Origin: Mobula hypostoma
Lineage: Eukaryota
Assembly (NCBI RefSeq): GCF_963921235.1
Contig: NC_086097.1
Coordinates: 253,954,001-254,018,000, forward strand
Direction of reading: 5' to 3'
DNA: 64,000 bases
The position numbers were made by a program, and so were the translations under genes. The notes below the pieces were generated by a model that saw only the letters and a list, made by a program, of their open reading frames with translations, was not told the DNA's origin and ran no database searches. Below, in pieces: positions 62,829 through 64,000 of the stretch. Position 1 is the first letter of the stretch. Each line of letters opens with the position of its first letter.

Positions 62829-64000
62829 AATCATGTCTGCTGACCAGTCAAGCATATGATTAGGGGTATTAATGTACGCGCCTAGAAAGGGAAAGGATAA
62901 ATTCAGCAGCTTGTGGAATGAACTGCTGATAGAAATCAAGCAAACCTAAAAATGTGTGTAATTTTTTAGTAGTGCAGGGCAGTGGGAAATCCATAATAGC
63001 AGCTACTTTTGATGAGAGGGGTTTCGAACCTTCTGCGGAGATGCGATGGCTGAGAAAATCAATGGTTGACAATTGAAACTGCCATCTTGGGAATGCCATC
63101 CGAGCACACAGGTACCTTATGGTAGCCCCTAACTGGACTGACTTCAGAAAAAAATAACTTTCTGGCTAAATGTGCCAAAAAGTCTTGAATGTATAGGGCT
63201 AGGTGGCCTATTTAATGTGTCGATTATCACCACCTGGGTGGCAGCCACTGTCGGAGTTAGGGACCATATGGAGGGACAAAGTCCAGGGTCTGTTCAACCG
63301 GCATACAATGCCAAGACTTTCCATGTTGGCAAACTCAGCCTTCACGGTTGCCAGCTTTCTGGATCCAGTCCACGCACACAGGCATGGACTGGGGGGCCAG
63401 CTGTGGGAATCTGTTGTTCAACCCCATGCTTTGTGACTGTAGTGGAGGATGTGGGCTTGGTGAGGTCTGGGAATTCACCCAGCAGTCGAGTAAACTCACA
63501 TGTGGTGCTGCGTGTACTTGACAAATTCATTGTGGGGAAATTATTGGGGGAACAGGTCAACAACCCAAAGTCCTTGGCGTCCATAAGCCGGCAGTCCTTA
63601 AGATTGTCTAATAGTCCTTGGGCACACAGGAAATCTGGCAGCACACTTCTCGAGCACCTGTGTCACACAGGAAACATCGCCCTGAAAGGGTATCTGTAAC
63701 GAACAGCGGATGGTCCTGGCAGCTGGAAGCCACAGTGTTCTCAGACCTCTGATGCCCCGATGCGCTGCCACTGCCACAGCCACAGGGTAGTTGGCACTTC
63801 CTGGTGTTCATACCAAATGAGCATGGTTAAAATCGCAAGCCTGGCGTCATGTGTTTCGCAGGTATCCTTATGCTGGGGGGCCATGCTGATGAGGCTTATT
63901 GAGGTCCAGACAGGAGGAGGATTGATGCACTGCTGCCTGGCTGAGTGTAGACTATCAGCAAACTCTCTACAGTCCTTCACGGGTGCATTGGCAAGGGCTA

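Larger units (their letters stand above)
57245..64000 (-). mobile_element. Host Gypsy element B: decayed gag/protease/RT/RNase H fragments at 62831-64000 and 57245-57458
   Basis: Protease FLCDTGA (63608-63811) and RT C-terminus IDFLSHRIS...KVAAIMDFPLP...FLGLLDFY (62869-63099). The frame LDWSADM continues across the insertion as TRAFDGTK...ITTDTSDCAVGAV (RNase H). Confidence 0.85.

Overview
This is eukaryotic, repeat-saturated DNA and not a prokaryotic locus. The repeat complement (abundant CR1 LINEs, V-SINEs, Rex1/Babar, Penelope) suggests a cartilaginous fish such as a ray or skate, which is an inference. Most of the window is decayed, often nested transposable elements: many CR1 copies on both strands, Rex1/Babar fragments and non-autonomous derivatives, an L1 fragment, an RTE-X-like LINE, tRNA-derived SINEs, Tc1, mariner and hAT derivatives, a 1.4-kb solo LTR, a rearranged sushi-like LTR/gag remnant, and a near-complete Gypsy element nested in the pol gene of a second Gypsy. 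I could not support any host protein-coding exon, rRNA, tRNA gene or CRISPR array. The longer ORFs are transposon pseudogene fragments or their antisense shadows. The most interesting signal is a set of Penelope-like (GIY-YIG) element ends carrying minimal type I hammerhead ribozyme motifs (intact at 41731-41766 and 44766-44801). These include ~220-bp fold-back mini-elements made only of two inverted ribozyme-bearing ends and flanked by 15-bp target-site duplications (TSDs). Boundaries of old fragments are approximate because they were read by eye. TSD, TIR (terminal inverted repeat) and LTR coordinates were checked base by base.
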